A stretch of DNA of 64,000 nt from Minisyncoccia bacterium (GCA_050008535.1 JBEKML010000002.1:24732-88731), one strand, 5' to 3'; positions 37,892 to 49,179 are shown, numbered from the stretch's first letter. Numbers and translations are program-made. Notes: generated by a model not told the origin, from the sequence alone.

Positions 37892-40800
37892 TTATCCGAG
37901 CCGCTTTGCGGCGTCGCAGATAAACTTGACCTCGCCGTCGCGCGGGGAAATATGGCCCTGCACGATCACGGGCGCGTTTTCGGCCCATACGGACGAGGTT
38001 TTCTCAAGGACGCTATTGAAGACCACGACTTCAAGCGGTTTCTGGGAAGCATCCTCGATGGTCGCAAAGATCATTGGTTGGCCGTTCTTTGTGAGGATCT
38101 TCCGCATTTTCGTCACAACGCCCGCCGCGCGCACGATAAGCCGTTCGTTCGTGACGGACATAAGCTCTGCGATCGGTCGCACGCCGGCATTCTTCAGTTT
38201 TTCCGCAAATGCCGCCAAAGGATGTTCCGAAAGATAGAACCCGATCAGCTCTTTTTCCCAGGCAAGCTTTTCGGCATTCGTCGCCGGCGGCGCGGGTTTG
38301 AGTTTCAAGGACGCCGCGGGCATGGTATCGCCAAAAAGCGATCCGCCATTCTGCATGCCTGTGCCACGCCGCGCCGCATTCGTGAAACGCAGGATGTCAT
38401 CCATGTTCGCGAGCGCTTGATTGCGTTCAATGCCAAGCGATTCAAATGCACCGGCCTTCACCAAACTTTCCAGCGATTTTTTGTTCAGGTCCTTGTGCTG
38501 GATGCGCATCAGGACGTCCTCAAAATTCTTGAACGGCCCGCGCCGTGTCCGTTCTTCAATGATGGCCTTCGTGATCTCCGTGCCGACGTTTTTCACCGCT
38601 TCAAGGCCAAACCGGATCTTTTCGCCTTCCGGCGTGAAGGCGACGAAGCTTTTGTTGATGTCGGGCGGGAGGATATCGATGCCGGATTGCTTCGCTTCTT
38701 GGATAAGGAACGAGATGCGCTCAATATCGCTTACCTCGGCGTTCAGGAGCGCCGCCATGAATTCTTCCGGATAGTGCGCTTTAAGATACGCTGTTTGGTA
38801 GCCGATCAGGGCGTAGCACGCAGCGTGCGATTTATTGAACCCGTAGCGCGCGAAGGGCGGAAAGAGCTCCCAAATGGCTTTTGCGGTGCGTTCCGGGATG
38901 CCGTTTTTGATCATGCCCTGCGTGAGCTTCACGCTTTGTTCGTCAAGCAGGGATTTTATCTTTTTCCCGATCGCTTTGCGGAGCGTATCGGCTTCGGGGA
39001 GCGTATAGCCGCCGAGGTCGCGGGCAATTTGCATCATCTGCTCCTGGTAGACGCCGATGCCATAGGTATTTTTCAAAATCGGCTCGAGCTTCGGATGGAG
39101 ATAGGTGATCTTTTCCTCGCCGTGCTTGCGCTTGATGAAAGAAGGAATAAGTTCCATGGGGCCCGGCCGGAAGAGCGCCACAAGCGCGATCAGGTCTTCA
39201 AGGACCGTAGGGCCGATGTCTTTCATGTAGCGCCGCATGCCGCTTGACTCAAACTGGAATACGCCCGTCGTGTCCGCTTTTTGAAGCAGCGCGAATGTTT
39301 TTTTGTCGTCCAATGGGATCTGGGAAATATTCACTGTTTCACCGTGGAGTTCCTTCACGAGGCGGACAGCATCTTCGATGATGGTCAGATTTTTGAGGCC
39401 CAAGAGGTCGATCTTCAGGAGGCCGAGGTCTTCCACGGCGTGCATTTCAAATTGCGTGATGATGATATCTTTTTCCTGCGGGGCGAATTGCACCGGCACA
39501 CGCTCAGTCAGGAGCTCCTTCGCGATCACGGTGCCGCAGGCGTGGACCGACGCGTGGCGTGCGACGCCCTCCAGGTGCCGCGCGGTGTCTATCAGTTTTT
39601 TTGCGTCGGGGTTCGCATCGTAGAGCGCTTTCAGTTCGGCGACTTTTTTCAGGCATTCATCGAGCCATCCTTCCTTCATGCCTTGCGTAGGATTGAAGGG
39701 GATGAGTTTCGCGATCTGGTCACAGAAAGCGTATGAATACCCCATCGCGCGGCCGGCGTCGCGGATCGCGGCGCGCGCCGCCATCGTCCCGAAGGTGATG
39801 ATGCGCGCTACGTGGTCCTCGCCGTACTTTTCGCGCGCATAGGCAAGCACTTCATCGCGCCGCGTGTCGGCAAAATCAATATCAATATCCGGCATCTGGA
39901 TACGCTCCGGGTTCAGGAACCGCTCGAAGAGCAGGCCATAGGTGAGGGGATTAATGTCCGTGATGCCGAGCACGTACGAGATCAAACTGCCCGCCGCCGA
40001 TCCTCTTCCGGGCCCCACGGCTATGCCATGCATTTTTGCCCAGGTAATAAGGTCCTGGACGATCAGAAAATAATCGGCGAAACCCGTTTTTTCGATGACG
40101 CCGAATTCATATTCCAGCCGATCGCGCACTTCTTTGGTTTGCGCCGCGGGAGGGAACCGTTCTGGCAGTCCCTCCTCCATGAGTTCGCGGAGGTAGGCGT
40201 TCGCGGTTTTCCCGTCGGGCTTCGGAAAGTCCGGCAGGAGCACCTTTCCGAGCTCCAGGTCAACATTGCAGCGTGCGGCGATCTCCGCCGTGCGCTCCAC
40301 GGCTTCGGCGCCGCCCGGGATCGCGGCGAATTTTTCCATCATTGCTTCTGGTGAGAGCACTGAAAAATCATCCTCCTTCATGGTCAGGCGGTCGTCGTCG
40401 GCAAGCCTGTTGCCGGTCTGGACGGCCAGGAGCACGTCGTGATATTCGTTGTCTTCGGAGTGGAGATAGTGGCTGTCTTGCGTTGCGACGAGCGGGATGC
40501 CGGTCGCAACGGAGAGCGCCACAAGCGGCGCTTCTATTTTTTCCGATTCGGGAACGTGCGGATGCTTTTGAATTTCCAAAAAATAATTTTCTTTGCCGAA
40601 AATGGACCGGTATTCCTCCGCGATCTTTTTTGCTTCTTCCGTCCGTCCCGCGGAGAGCGCCTGGCCGATCTCGCCGCCGAGGCATGCTGAAAGTGCGATC
40701 AATCCTTCGTGGTGCTCGCGGAGGAGATCTTTGTCCACGCGCGGGCGGTAATAAAACCCCTCAAGGTGAGCCTTGGAGACGAGCTTGATCAGATTTTTCC

Positions 40801-41089
40801 ATCCCGTTTCGTTCTCGCAGAGGAGGATAAGGTGATAGTATTTTTCGCTGGTCTCTTTTGAGAACCGATCGCGCGGCGCGACGTAGGTTTCCACGCCGAT
40901 GATCGGTCTTATGCCGTTCTTTTTCGCGGATTTATAAAACTCAACGACGCCGTAGAGCACGCCGTGATCGGTCAAGGCGACCGCATCCATGCCGAGCTCT
41001 TTTACGCGCTTTACGAGCGGATCTATCTTTGAAAGGCCGTCAAGGAGGGAATAGTGGGAATGCGTATGAAGGTGGACGAATTTAGGCAT
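37892..41089 (-). CDS. dnaE: DNA polymerase III alpha subunit
   Basis: PHP domain HLHTHSHYSLLDG, GRGSAAGS, PDIDID, YGFNKSH. Confidence 0.98.
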   Translation of the reverse strand: MPKFVHLHTHSHYSLLDGLSKIDPLVKRVKELGMDAVALTDHGVLYGVVEFYKSAKKNGIRPIIGVETYVAPRDRFSKETSEKYYHLILLCENETGWKNLIKLVSKAHLEGFYYRPRVDKDLLREHHEGLIALSACLGGEIGQALSAGRTEEAKKIAEEYRSIFGKENYFLEIQKHPHVPESEKIEAPLVALSVATGIPLVATQDSHYLHSEDNEYHDVLLAVQTGNRLADDDRLTMKEDDFSVLSPEAMMEKFAAIPGGAEAVERTAEIAARCNVDLELGKVLLPDFPKPDGKTANAYLRELMEEGLPERFPPAAQTKEVRDRLEYEFGVIEKTGFADYFLIVQDLITWAKMHGIAVGPGRGSAAGSLISYVLGITDINPLTYGLLFERFLNPERIQMPDIDIDFADTRRDEVLAYAREKYGEDHVARIITFGTMAARAAIRDAGRAMGYSYAFCDQIAKLIPFNPTQGMKEGWLDECLKKVAELKALYDANPDAKKLIDTARHLEGVARHASVHACGTVIAKELLTERVPVQFAPQEKDIIITQFEMHAVEDLGLLKIDLLGLKNLTIIEDAVRLVKELHGETVNISQIPLDDKKTFALLQKADTTGVFQFESSGMRRYMKDIGPTVLEDLIALVALFRPGPMELIPSFIKRKHGEEKITYLHPKLEPILKNTYGIGVYQEQMMQIARDLGGYTLPEADTLRKAIGKKIKSLLDEQSVKLTQGMIKNGIPERTAKAIWELFPPFARYGFNKSHAACYALIGYQTAYLKAHYPEEFMAALLNAEVSDIERISFLIQEAKQSGIDILPPDINKSFVAFTPEGEKIRFGLEAVKNVGTEITKAIIEERTRRGPFKNFEDVLMRIQHKDLNKKSLESLVKAGAFESLGIERNQALANMDDILRFTNAARRGTGMQNGGSLFGDTMPAASLKLKPAPPATNAEKLAWEKELIGFYLSEHPLAAFAEKLKNAGVRPIAELMSVTNERLIVRAAGVVTKMRKILTKNGQPMIFATIEDASQKPLEVVVFNSVLEKTSSVWAENAPVIVQGHISPRDGEVKFICDAAKRLG

Positions 41090-41256
41090 AGGTGTTCTTT
41101 GTGTTGCCCCCGCAAGCGAGGATGCAGAACATTGAATTGCTCTTAAATGATACTAAAAAATTCATGAAAAAGACAGGGGCTATGTTGCTGCACGGCCCTA
41201 CCGTCATGTTTACAGAATGTTTATCGTCATATAATATAGGGGAGCCGCAAGGGACC

Positions 41257-41328
41257 GCCGGAGTAGCTCAATGGCAGAGCAGCGCTTTTGTAAAGCGAAG
41301 GTTGGAGGTTCGACTCCTCTCTCCGGCT
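41257..41328 (+). tRNA. tRNA-Thr(TGT)
   Basis: Anticodon loop TTTGTAA. Confidence 0.93.
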
Positions 41329-41337
41329 CAATAAAAA

Positions 41338-41739
41338 TCAGAACCGGTTGCTATCAAGCAGTTCTTTGAAGTAGGCATCCAAGTTTTCCAGTTTTTTGAT
41401 TTCTTCTATTATGAACCAGCCGTATTCTGTGTGGTCGTCGTTCAGTTTTGGCTGTCCGTCAATATTTCCCGAATACGTTAATCTTACAACATGTCTGCCG
41501 GGGACTCGCAAAATGTCTTGGGCGGCCACGAGCTTTGGCGTTTCGGTCAGGTCCAGGTTTACTTCCTCTTTGATCTCGCGTTTTAGATTGAGAAGAAGCG
41601 GCGTACCGGGGATGATCCTGCCGCCAACGATGTCCCATTTTGCTCCGACCTCCGGATATTTTTCCGACGAGCGCCGTACTAAAAGATATTTTCCATCTTT
41701 ATTTTTGAGAAATGCTTTGACGCCGACTTGTAGTTCCAT
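41338..41739 (-). CDS. NUDIX hydrolase
   Basis: WDIVGG...LKREIKEEVNL. Confidence 0.88.
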   Translation of the reverse strand: MELQVGVKAFLKNKDGKYLLVRRSSEKYPEVGAKWDIVGGRIIPGTPLLLNLKREIKEEVNLDLTETPKLVAAQDILRVPGRHVVRLTYSGNIDGQPKLNDDHTEYGWFIIEEIKKLENLDAYFKELLDSNRF

Positions 41740-41792
41740 GGAACCATTGTACCACTGGACTTTTTGGTTGAAAAACTTACTATATCTATAGT

Positions 41793-41865
41793 GCCGATGT
41801 AGCTCAGCTGGTAGAGCAACTCCATGGTAAGGAGTAGGTCGCCGGTTCAAATCCGGCCATCGGCT
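41793..41865 (+). tRNA. tRNA-Thr(GGT)
   Basis: ACTCC-ATGGTAA-GGAGT. Confidence 0.95.
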
Positions 41866-41920
41866 CAAGAAGGGGAAAGGGCTTGATTAATGCCGTTCGG
41901 CGGGATATACTGTCTTCCAT

Positions 41921-42100
41921 ATGGCAAAAGTTAAATGGGCCGACAAATTGATCACTCTCCGCTGTTCCGTCTGCAAGCGGCGGAATTATTATACGACGAA
42001 GAACAAGAAAACCGTTGAGCGGAAAATAGAATTCAAGAAGTTCTGCAAGTGGTGCCGGAAGGCTACGTTACACAAGGAAGCGCGCATCACCGGGAAATAG
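41921..42100 (+). CDS. rpmG: 50S ribosomal protein L33, zinc type (not in the ORF track)
   Basis: MAKVKWADKLITLRCSVCKRRNYYTTKNKK...KKFCKWCRKATLHKE, 59 aa. Confidence 0.96.
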   Translation: MAKVKWADKLITLRCSVCKRRNYYTTKNKKTVERKIEFKKFCKWCRKATLHKEARITGK

Positions 42101-42115
42101 TACAATATTCGTGAG

Positions 42116-42186
42116 GGGGGCATCGTTCAGTGGCAGGACAGCGGTCTCCAAAACCGCCAACCTGGGTTCGATTCCTAGTGCCCCCG
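42116..42186 (+). tRNA. tRNA-Trp(CCA)
   Basis: GCGGT-CTCCAAA-ACCGC. Confidence 0.95.
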
Positions 42187-42201
42187 CAGTATACTTAGGT
42201 T

Positions 42202-42894
42202 ATGGGCATAGAAAACTTAGGGAATCTCGGCCATTGGATAAGAGATTATTTGCACGCTATTCATAAACAGAGCCTGGCTTTTATTTACAGAAAGCCGCCC
42301 CGGCATTATCTTGAACACATTATTGATGGCAAAAAGCCGGTTATTCTTATCCCGGGAATATTTGAAAAATGGCACTTTTTGAAAGCCGTCGCCGATCCAT
42401 TGTCTTTGCTGGGACATCCAATTTACGTGTTAGAGCGCATGGGGTACAACACGCGGGAAATTCCCCATTCGGCCAAGCTCATCCGGGAGCTTATTGAAGA
42501 AAGGAATCTGAGGCACGTTGTCATTGTTGCCCACAGCAAAGGCGGCCTCATCGGAAAATATGTTTTGGCGTTTTACAATCAAGACAAAAGAGTCGAGAAA
42601 GTTATTGCCATCGCAACGCCGTTCAAGGGGAGCGCTATGGCAACATTCATTCCCGGAAAAGCGGCGGAAGAACTTTCTCCGCGCAGTAAAATTATCGAAA
42701 CGCTATCCGAAAGGAAGGAGGTGAACCACAAGATCACCTCTGTTTTTGGTGTCTTTGATAATCATGTTTGGCCGGAATCCAGCTGCTCTCTCGAGGGAGC
42801 GAAAAATATTCAAGTCGAAGTACGCGGCCACCACAAAATCCTTTTTGACAAAAAAGTGAGAGAGATTGTGGTGTCCGAAATAGAAACCGCTTAG
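42202..42894 (+). CDS. Alpha/beta hydrolase (lipase/esterase-like)
   Basis: AHSKGG nucleophile elbow, TPFKGS, GH. Confidence 0.88.
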   Translation: MGIENLGNLGHWIRDYLHAIHKQSLAFIYRKPPRHYLEHIIDGKKPVILIPGIFEKWHFLKAVADPLSLLGHPIYVLERMGYNTREIPHSAKLIRELIEERNLRHVVIVAHSKGGLIGKYVLAFYNQDKRVEKVIAIATPFKGSAMATFIPGKAAEELSPRSKIIETLSERKEVNHKITSVFGVFDNHVWPESSCSLEGAKNIQVEVRGHHKILFDKKVREIVVSEIETA

Positions 42895-42897
42895 GGG

Positions 42898-45800
42898 CTA
42901 CGGGATCTCTATCCGATTGGATCCTGATACATTGACGCTCGTCGTGACATTCACGCTATTTAATGGTCCCGCGCCTCCTCCCTGGCACGAAAGATTGTAC
43001 GTCGCGGCTTGCGTCGGGGAGACCGACAAGGTTCCTCCTGCCGGGTTCACTGAAGTGCCGTTTATGGCGCATGAAACAGTGTTTGTGCAGCTCCACGAGA
43101 GTACTGATGATTGCGGCGGGACGATCAGCGTGGGGCTTGCGGAGAAGGTGCAACTCGGCGCAATAACGGTGATCAATACGGAGTCCGAGGCGCCGCAGGC
43201 ATCCGTCGCTGTTAGTTGGTATAAACCTGGCTGGGAATATGAGACGGACCACGAATCACCGGCACCCATAGACCATGATGGGTCCGTAGGCCCCGTCGAG
43301 GTCCATGAAAAGTCCCCACAGCCTCCTGAAGCGGTAGCGGTCACGATGCTGCCCACGGGCACGGTGGTGGCAGGAGTTATGGAAATAGAAGGAGGAGAGG
43401 GTGCGTTTACCGTTATTGGCGTGGCTCCTGATTTTGTCGGGTCCTGAACGCTCGTCGCTTTTATAACGGCCTGCATGGATCCCGCAGCCAGCGCGACCCT
43501 GGCGGGCAGCCACAGTTCTTTCGCGGCGCTTATGCTTGCGGGTGCGGTATAGACGCCGCTTGCGTTAATTGATCCGCCGCCACTCGCGACCGACCAGGTT
43601 ACCGCAGAACTGTAACTGCCAGTGCCGCTAACAGTCGCTGAGCACATCGAGGTTCCTTCGAGCGGGACCGAAGTCGGGCTACAGGAGACGGAGACGGAGC
43701 CTATTGTGGACGCGGGCGGCGCCGAAGAGACGGAAATATTGCACGTTTTCGAGCTCGCGCCGCTTGTCACCGTCGCTGAATAATCGCCGGATGTGTTGTA
43801 GGTCGTCTGGAAGAAAGATCCATTCCAGGTGGAGGGGCTCGCCCCGCTTGAGGTCCAGCTGTAGGTGCCGTTCCCGCCGCCGGCACTGAAGGAAACCATG
43901 TCGCCCGTCGCCGAGGATTGATCCGCAGGGCTGCAGGTGAGTGCCACCGGAGTAGGTGTGACCGAAAGGGTTGCACTGTCCGAGGCGCTCCCGCCGGGGC
44001 CGGTGCAGGTCAGGGTGTAGGTATGCGTGCCGACCGTTGAAGGAGAGATCACTCCTTGCTGGTTTGAACCCACCGATTGCGCACCCGACCAATCGCTCTC
44101 TGCGGGGGAGGCGGAGGCGGTACAAGCGGTTGCGTTCGTGGTGGTCCAGAAAAGCGAGGCCGATTGCCCCACAGTGATGGGAGAAGGAGAGACCGAAAGG
44201 GAAACGGCGGGGGTCGTGCCGGTGCTCACGGTAAAGTCAACGTCGTTGGACTGGACGTTCGGCGAAGAAAATTGCGCCCACTCCGTCCAGGAACCAATGG
44301 TTCGTCCCGAAGCCTAGAGCGGAGCAGTTGGTCGGTCCATTATGAGTGGCGCAGAACGAAAAGGGCGTATTGGGGATATTTGAAGTAAGGTTGAGCGTCC
44401 ATGCCTGTCCGACTGTGAAATTACCGCTTGTGCCGCCGTTGATAGTGAGCGATGCGGTCGCGGCCGGGCTTACTACAAGGGTTGCGTTACTCGAGGCGCT
44501 CCCGCCGGGGCCGGTGCAGGTCAGGGTGTAGGTGTAGCTGCCCGTGGCGGCGGGGGAGACCGAGGTGGAGCCGCTCGTTGATCGCGAACCGGACCAGGCA
44601 TTCGACGCGGTGCAGGCGGTTGTGTTCGCGCTTGACCAGGTGAGCGTTGCCGATTGCCCGGCGTTGATGGAGGAAGGAGAGACCGAAAGGGAAACGGCGG
44701 GTTGTCGTTTCGCCCTTAAAAGCGATGCTGGCAACGTATGTCCCTGCAGTACTGGGAGGAGTTGTAGATATCGTCACATTACTCGATAGCCCCTGGTTAA
44801 TTGGCGAAATATTGGATAAAGAAGTGGACAAAGAAGATTCCTGAATCCATCCGCTCGAGGGCCCGCTTATATAGGTTACGTTCGCGCTTAAGCCGCCCAA
44901 AGTTGATCCTTGTGTGCCGCTATTCGTGATCGTTACCTGCCCGCTTGTATCGGATGGACTCAAAGAAAGTGATTCGGGGCTTACCGCCATTTTTGCTAAG
45001 GGATCCCACGAAATAATAAAATTGGCGGTGAGTTGGGAAGGGGAAAGTGTTAAGGTGTCCGCCGGGGAAATACTTACCGCATTTGCGGTTGGGATCGAGG
45101 AAAGAACATTCTTCAAAAGAGCGAACGAACTTGGCGTGTGGGTATCGTGCAAAGCAACATCCCGGTTTTCTATTGAGTGCAATGTATACTGGGTTTGATC
45201 AGATGGCGTAGCGGCGTTTGCTGGCAGGGTATACTGGTCATTATTTGCCCTCAGGCCAGTGTAAGTTCCTTGATAAGCATTGTCGCAGGAACCACCGTGC
45301 CCGGAACAGGGATCGTTGCCGGTGGGAAAAGCTGTGAAGTGCCAACTTGCAGGTACCGACAGATCGGTTTTGGAGTTCTTCGAAGAAACGGTGATCGTTC
45401 CATTTGTGCCGCCGACCGGGTCACATGTGCCGGGCGTTGAACCGGGGGTGTACGTTATGCCGCCCGTGAGGCCCGTAGCTGCCGTGTAGCAATAGGTTGC
45501 ACTCTGGGCATCTACCCAAGCTGACCCGCCGCCCCATTTCCCCGAACCGTTTGGCTTACATGCATTTATTACCGTAACAACGAGCTGATCGCCGGGATTT
45601 ACAACTGCGCTCCCGCTGCCGCCATTCCCACTGCCCGCCCCTCCGCAGCCGGAACCGGCAACATCGTCCGGGCCGCACGTGCAACCATTATAAGAATAAT
45701 AAAAGGTCCCGATTTGTGCGGATCCATTATCATCAAACGCAGCAACGCCAACATCTGCGGTGGTATTTGGATAAATGCGAATATTTACATAACCGCCTGG

Positions 45801-46085
45801 ATCGAGCCATGTCCCGGCGGGGATGCCTACCTGCGTGGCCGTTTCGGTCCATCCCGCAGGCAATGAATCTCCCCCCGCAGAATGGCACGTTTCCCCGCCC
45901 TTGCTGTATCCTCCCCAGTAGAAAAGTGAACAAGTGGAATTCCACATATTGGCGTGACTTACGAATCCGCACATCGTAGCCCCGTCGGAGCATGTCGCCA
46001 ATGCCGCGAAGGAAATTGACGGCGAAACAAGCGCAAGGGTGAATGACGCGACTGTCAAAATAAAAATGGTTTTCTGTGGTTTCAT
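42898..46085 (-). pseudogene. Large Ser/Thr-rich Ig/PKD-repeat surface protein split by two frame breaks
   Basis: Three consecutive frames (46085 to ~44702, to ~44300, to 42898); N-terminal signal peptide; repeated LTCTGPGG modules; two +1 shifts give 1061 aa. Confidence 0.8.
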
Positions 46086-46088
46086 TGT

Positions 46089-46910
46089 TTATGAATTGGG
46101 TACTTTTGAACTCACAATAATGTTTGTCTGCCCTTTCGCTTCTCCTTGGATCTGAACGTTTATCTGCTCCTTCGTTGAACTATTTTCCGCGAAGATGGTT
46201 GCAAGCGCGGAGGTGTTCGTCTTGGTCATGATCTGCCATGACGCGCCGGAGAAGAGACCAAGGTATTGGTTATAAAGTGTGCTTACCGATTCGCTGCTTT
46301 GGTATATCGCAGCGGTCGTGTGAACACCACTTGCGGGATCGGGATTGTCGCTTGAACTTAAAATTTTCGCCGAAGGATCAACGACAAGCTTTCTGGGGAA
46401 TCCTGTTACGAGCGTACCTTGCTGAACGGTCAGATGAGCGAATTGAGGCGTCGCGGTTCCCGCAATCCCCGTCCCGTAACTTACGGTGACCTGCGACCCC
46501 GACCCCTGGACGACGATTGCAACGCTCACCACGGAGGAAGCATTCTCCGCGTAGAGGCCCCGGGAGTTTTTATATTCCGTGACTTTGTTTGTGATCGGCC
46601 AGCCATTCGCTGGAAGGTATGCAAGATATTCATTATAGATGTCCGCGACAGAACTGGAGGAATTGAACGAAACGGTATACTGGTTCGTGCTCGTGCTGTA
46701 GTTTATACTATAACTTTGCGAAATGCGCGCGAGGGAATCAAGAACGAGCTCTTTCGGAAATCCGGGCGTGAGTTGGCCGCTCGGCGCAAAAGCGGGCGTG
46801 CCCATTGGCACCGGCCGCGTTGACGAGAAATACCACCAAAAAGCAAGAAGTATGACGATTACGACAGCGATCGCAATAAAGACAATTCGTGCTCGCTTGT
46901 CCATTTCCAT
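46089..46910 (-). CDS. Membrane-anchored extracellular protein with a duplicated domain
   Basis: N-terminal TM helix; GFPKELVLD... and GFPRKLVVD... repeats. Confidence 0.8.
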   Translation of the reverse strand: MEMDKRARIVFIAIAVVIVILLAFWWYFSSTRPVPMGTPAFAPSGQLTPGFPKELVLDSLARISQSYSINYSTSTNQYTVSFNSSSSVADIYNEYLAYLPANGWPITNKVTEYKNSRGLYAENASSVVSVAIVVQGSGSQVTVSYGTGIAGTATPQFAHLTVQQGTLVTGFPRKLVVDPSAKILSSSDNPDPASGVHTTAAIYQSSESVSTLYNQYLGLFSGASWQIMTKTNTSALATIFAENSSTKEQINVQIQGEAKGQTNIIVSSKVPNS

Positions 46911-47024
46911 TAGACTTATTATACCAAATCCTCCAAAAAAGAAATAGTGTGGATAGAAAACGGCCCCAGCAGCGCACAGTGCGCACCGCTGGGGCCGAAG
47001 TTGGTTTGGTTCCCGCCAGGGAAC

Positions 47025-48980
47025 CTAGAAGAGCGTAACGGTCAGCGACACCGGTTGTGAGGTCGTGCCGCCGGGACCCTTGCATTTCAGGGTCCCTTTG
47101 AGGGTCATTGGAGGCGTCCAGAGAGGTACCGCAATCGTCACGGAGTTGTTGACGGGTTGCTTGCCCTCGATGTCGCCCGACGCAACGCAGGAATCTGCAT
47201 CGGTCGTTTTCCACGTGATGGTCGCTGTCTCTCCTGCGCGAACTTTCTCGGGGGAGACGGAAAGGGTGATCGTCGGCTTTGGCGAAGCGGATTCTGATCC
47301 GACATCCGCGGGAGCGTCATCAGTAGGGTTCCTCGCGATGAAGATCATATTCCCATCAGAGCCGGGACGGGGACGACGGGAAACGTTTGCCATCTGCCCG
47401 CTACTGCCGCCACCGCTCATCAGAAGCGCTTGGCACTCGTTCGCCGCACACGCATACATCTGTGTGCCATCGGGCGAGACACCAAACCCAACTGCGAGCA
47501 GGTTGCTCGTTACTGACAGGTTCGTGGCCGTACCGGTCTTCGCGTCCACCGAGATGAACCGCGAGAGGCCGGCGACGGGGTCGGCGATAGCAACAAGAAT
47601 ACTGCCGTGCGTTTCGTCCGCTGCGATCCGGATAGGGGACAGTCCATCCCCCAGGATCGCACGGAGATCCACACGCTTGGTCTCCTTCATCGTCGCGATG
47701 TCAAAGATGACCAGTTGCTTGTCGGGCTGGGCAAGGAACGCCCCAGTGCCGACCGCGGGTCCCGAATTGAAGGCGGCGAGTTGCCATCCGCCAGCAGTCG
47801 CGCTGGCATCGGCTCCTACCTGGGTGATCCCGGGGAGGAACAGAAATCCCTTGGTGCTCATGTCGGGAACCGAGATTCGCCAAAGGGTTGAATCCCCGCG
47901 CGAGTAGACGATAGCATCCAGCTCTTTGCCGAGTTGCGCCATCGTGAGCGACCACGGATAGCTGCCGACCGACGTTGAGATCATCGATGGCGTGTCTTGG
48001 GCTAGATCAAAACTCGATACTAGCCCATCTTTGGGTTGAGTGACGCAGGCATAACCACTTCTGGCCGCTACGGCCATGGTCTGCTTACCATTGTATGCCG
48101 TGTGCACTCCGCTGGCGTTCGTCCAATCAACCACCATACTGCCAGCGCCCGCGCGTACGATTGACTTCGTTGTTTCGTCGTATGCTATGCCGCTGCCCCC
48201 TTCCGTCAAAAACCCATTCGGGGTCACGGTGGTTCCCGGGCCGACCAGGAATTTCCAGATATGCTGTTGCTTGTCGTCGGTGAGTGTTCCCTGTTGCAGT
48301 TGGAATAGCTTTCCTGACGAATCAAGCGCGAGTGTGTTCTGGTTCCCCTGGTAGCCGAAACTCATCGAGTTCGAGGTGCCTGCCGGACACTTCACTGACC
48401 AGCGGTAGAACTGCGGCGGCGACCAGCTAAAACTGAGGGTCACCCAGATTTTGTTGGGGGCCGTTCCTTCCAAGAGGGTCAGATCCACCCATGGATCTGC
48501 CAGGTGCAGCACGCACCCTGCGGCGAACCCAGACCCGTTGATCTGGATATTGCCGATGACCGATCCCCCGTCATCAAGATAGACCACATTCGGCGTGATC
48601 GAACTGATTACTGGGACCGGTGGCGTCACCGTGAGTGTCATTGAGGCGCTCTTTGTCGGGTCTTGCGTGGATGTCGCTGTTACCACGACCGTCATTGACG
48701 TCGTCGTGGACGGGGGGGTGAACAGCCCGCTTCCGGTGATCGTGCCCGCGCTCGCGGACCATGTCACCGCGGAACTGTAATTCCCCGTACCCGTTACTGA
48801 CGCCGAACATTGGGATGTCGCACCGCTTACGATCGTCGCCGGTGAGCACGTGATGCCCACCGATGTGATGGTAATGGGCGTGGGGGTGACTCCGCCGCTG
48901 GAACTTCCACCACCACTGGGGCAACCCGTCCCTGCCACGATGGCAAGGACGAGGATAGTCCAAAGAACACTCGTTTTCAT
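47025..48980 (-). CDS. Lipoprotein-like protein with Ig-like modules and a probable beta-propeller
   Basis: Signal peptide ending AGTG-C; ATSTQDPTKS module; C-terminal CKGPGG module. Confidence 0.8.
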   Translation of the reverse strand: MKTSVLWTILVLAIVAGTGCPSGGGSSSGGVTPTPITITSVGITCSPATIVSGATSQCSASVTGTGNYSSAVTWSASAGTITGSGLFTPPSTTTSMTVVVTATSTQDPTKSASMTLTVTPPVPVISSITPNVVYLDDGGSVIGNIQINGSGFAAGCVLHLADPWVDLTLLEGTAPNKIWVTLSFSWSPPQFYRWSVKCPAGTSNSMSFGYQGNQNTLALDSSGKLFQLQQGTLTDDKQQHIWKFLVGPGTTVTPNGFLTEGGSGIAYDETTKSIVRAGAGSMVVDWTNASGVHTAYNGKQTMAVAARSGYACVTQPKDGLVSSFDLAQDTPSMISTSVGSYPWSLTMAQLGKELDAIVYSRGDSTLWRISVPDMSTKGFLFLPGITQVGADASATAGGWQLAAFNSGPAVGTGAFLAQPDKQLVIFDIATMKETKRVDLRAILGDGLSPIRIAADETHGSILVAIADPVAGLSRFISVDAKTGTATNLSVTSNLLAVGFGVSPDGTQMYACAANECQALLMSGGGSSGQMANVSRRPRPGSDGNMIFIARNPTDDAPADVGSESASPKPTITLSVSPEKVRAGETATITWKTTDADSCVASGDIEGKQPVNNSVTIAVPLWTPPMTLKGTLKCKGPGGTTSQPVSLTVTLF

Positions 48981-49179
48981 TATTTGTCCGTCCTTTCAAG
49001 TGGCAGGGGCTTGATGTCCCTGCTTCTAACCACAATTATACTACATACAACCCTATCTTGTCAAATCGGCAAAAATGTGTGAATATGTGGGCAAAACTTG
49101 AACTCGCAAACGCACGCGCTTCTTTTCAAACCCCGTGGAATCTGCTAGATTTTCATTGGAGCGCAGGCGTTACGGGCGC

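Noticed and set aside
18156-40354. Long antisense ORFs opposite fusA, tuf, secY and dnaE
   Set aside because: Shadow ORFs produced by GC-rich codon bias; no recognisable motifs.
43970-44710. Repeat pair as a DGR template/variable region
   Set aside because: The differences are not adenine-restricted and include indels; no reverse transcriptase is in the window.
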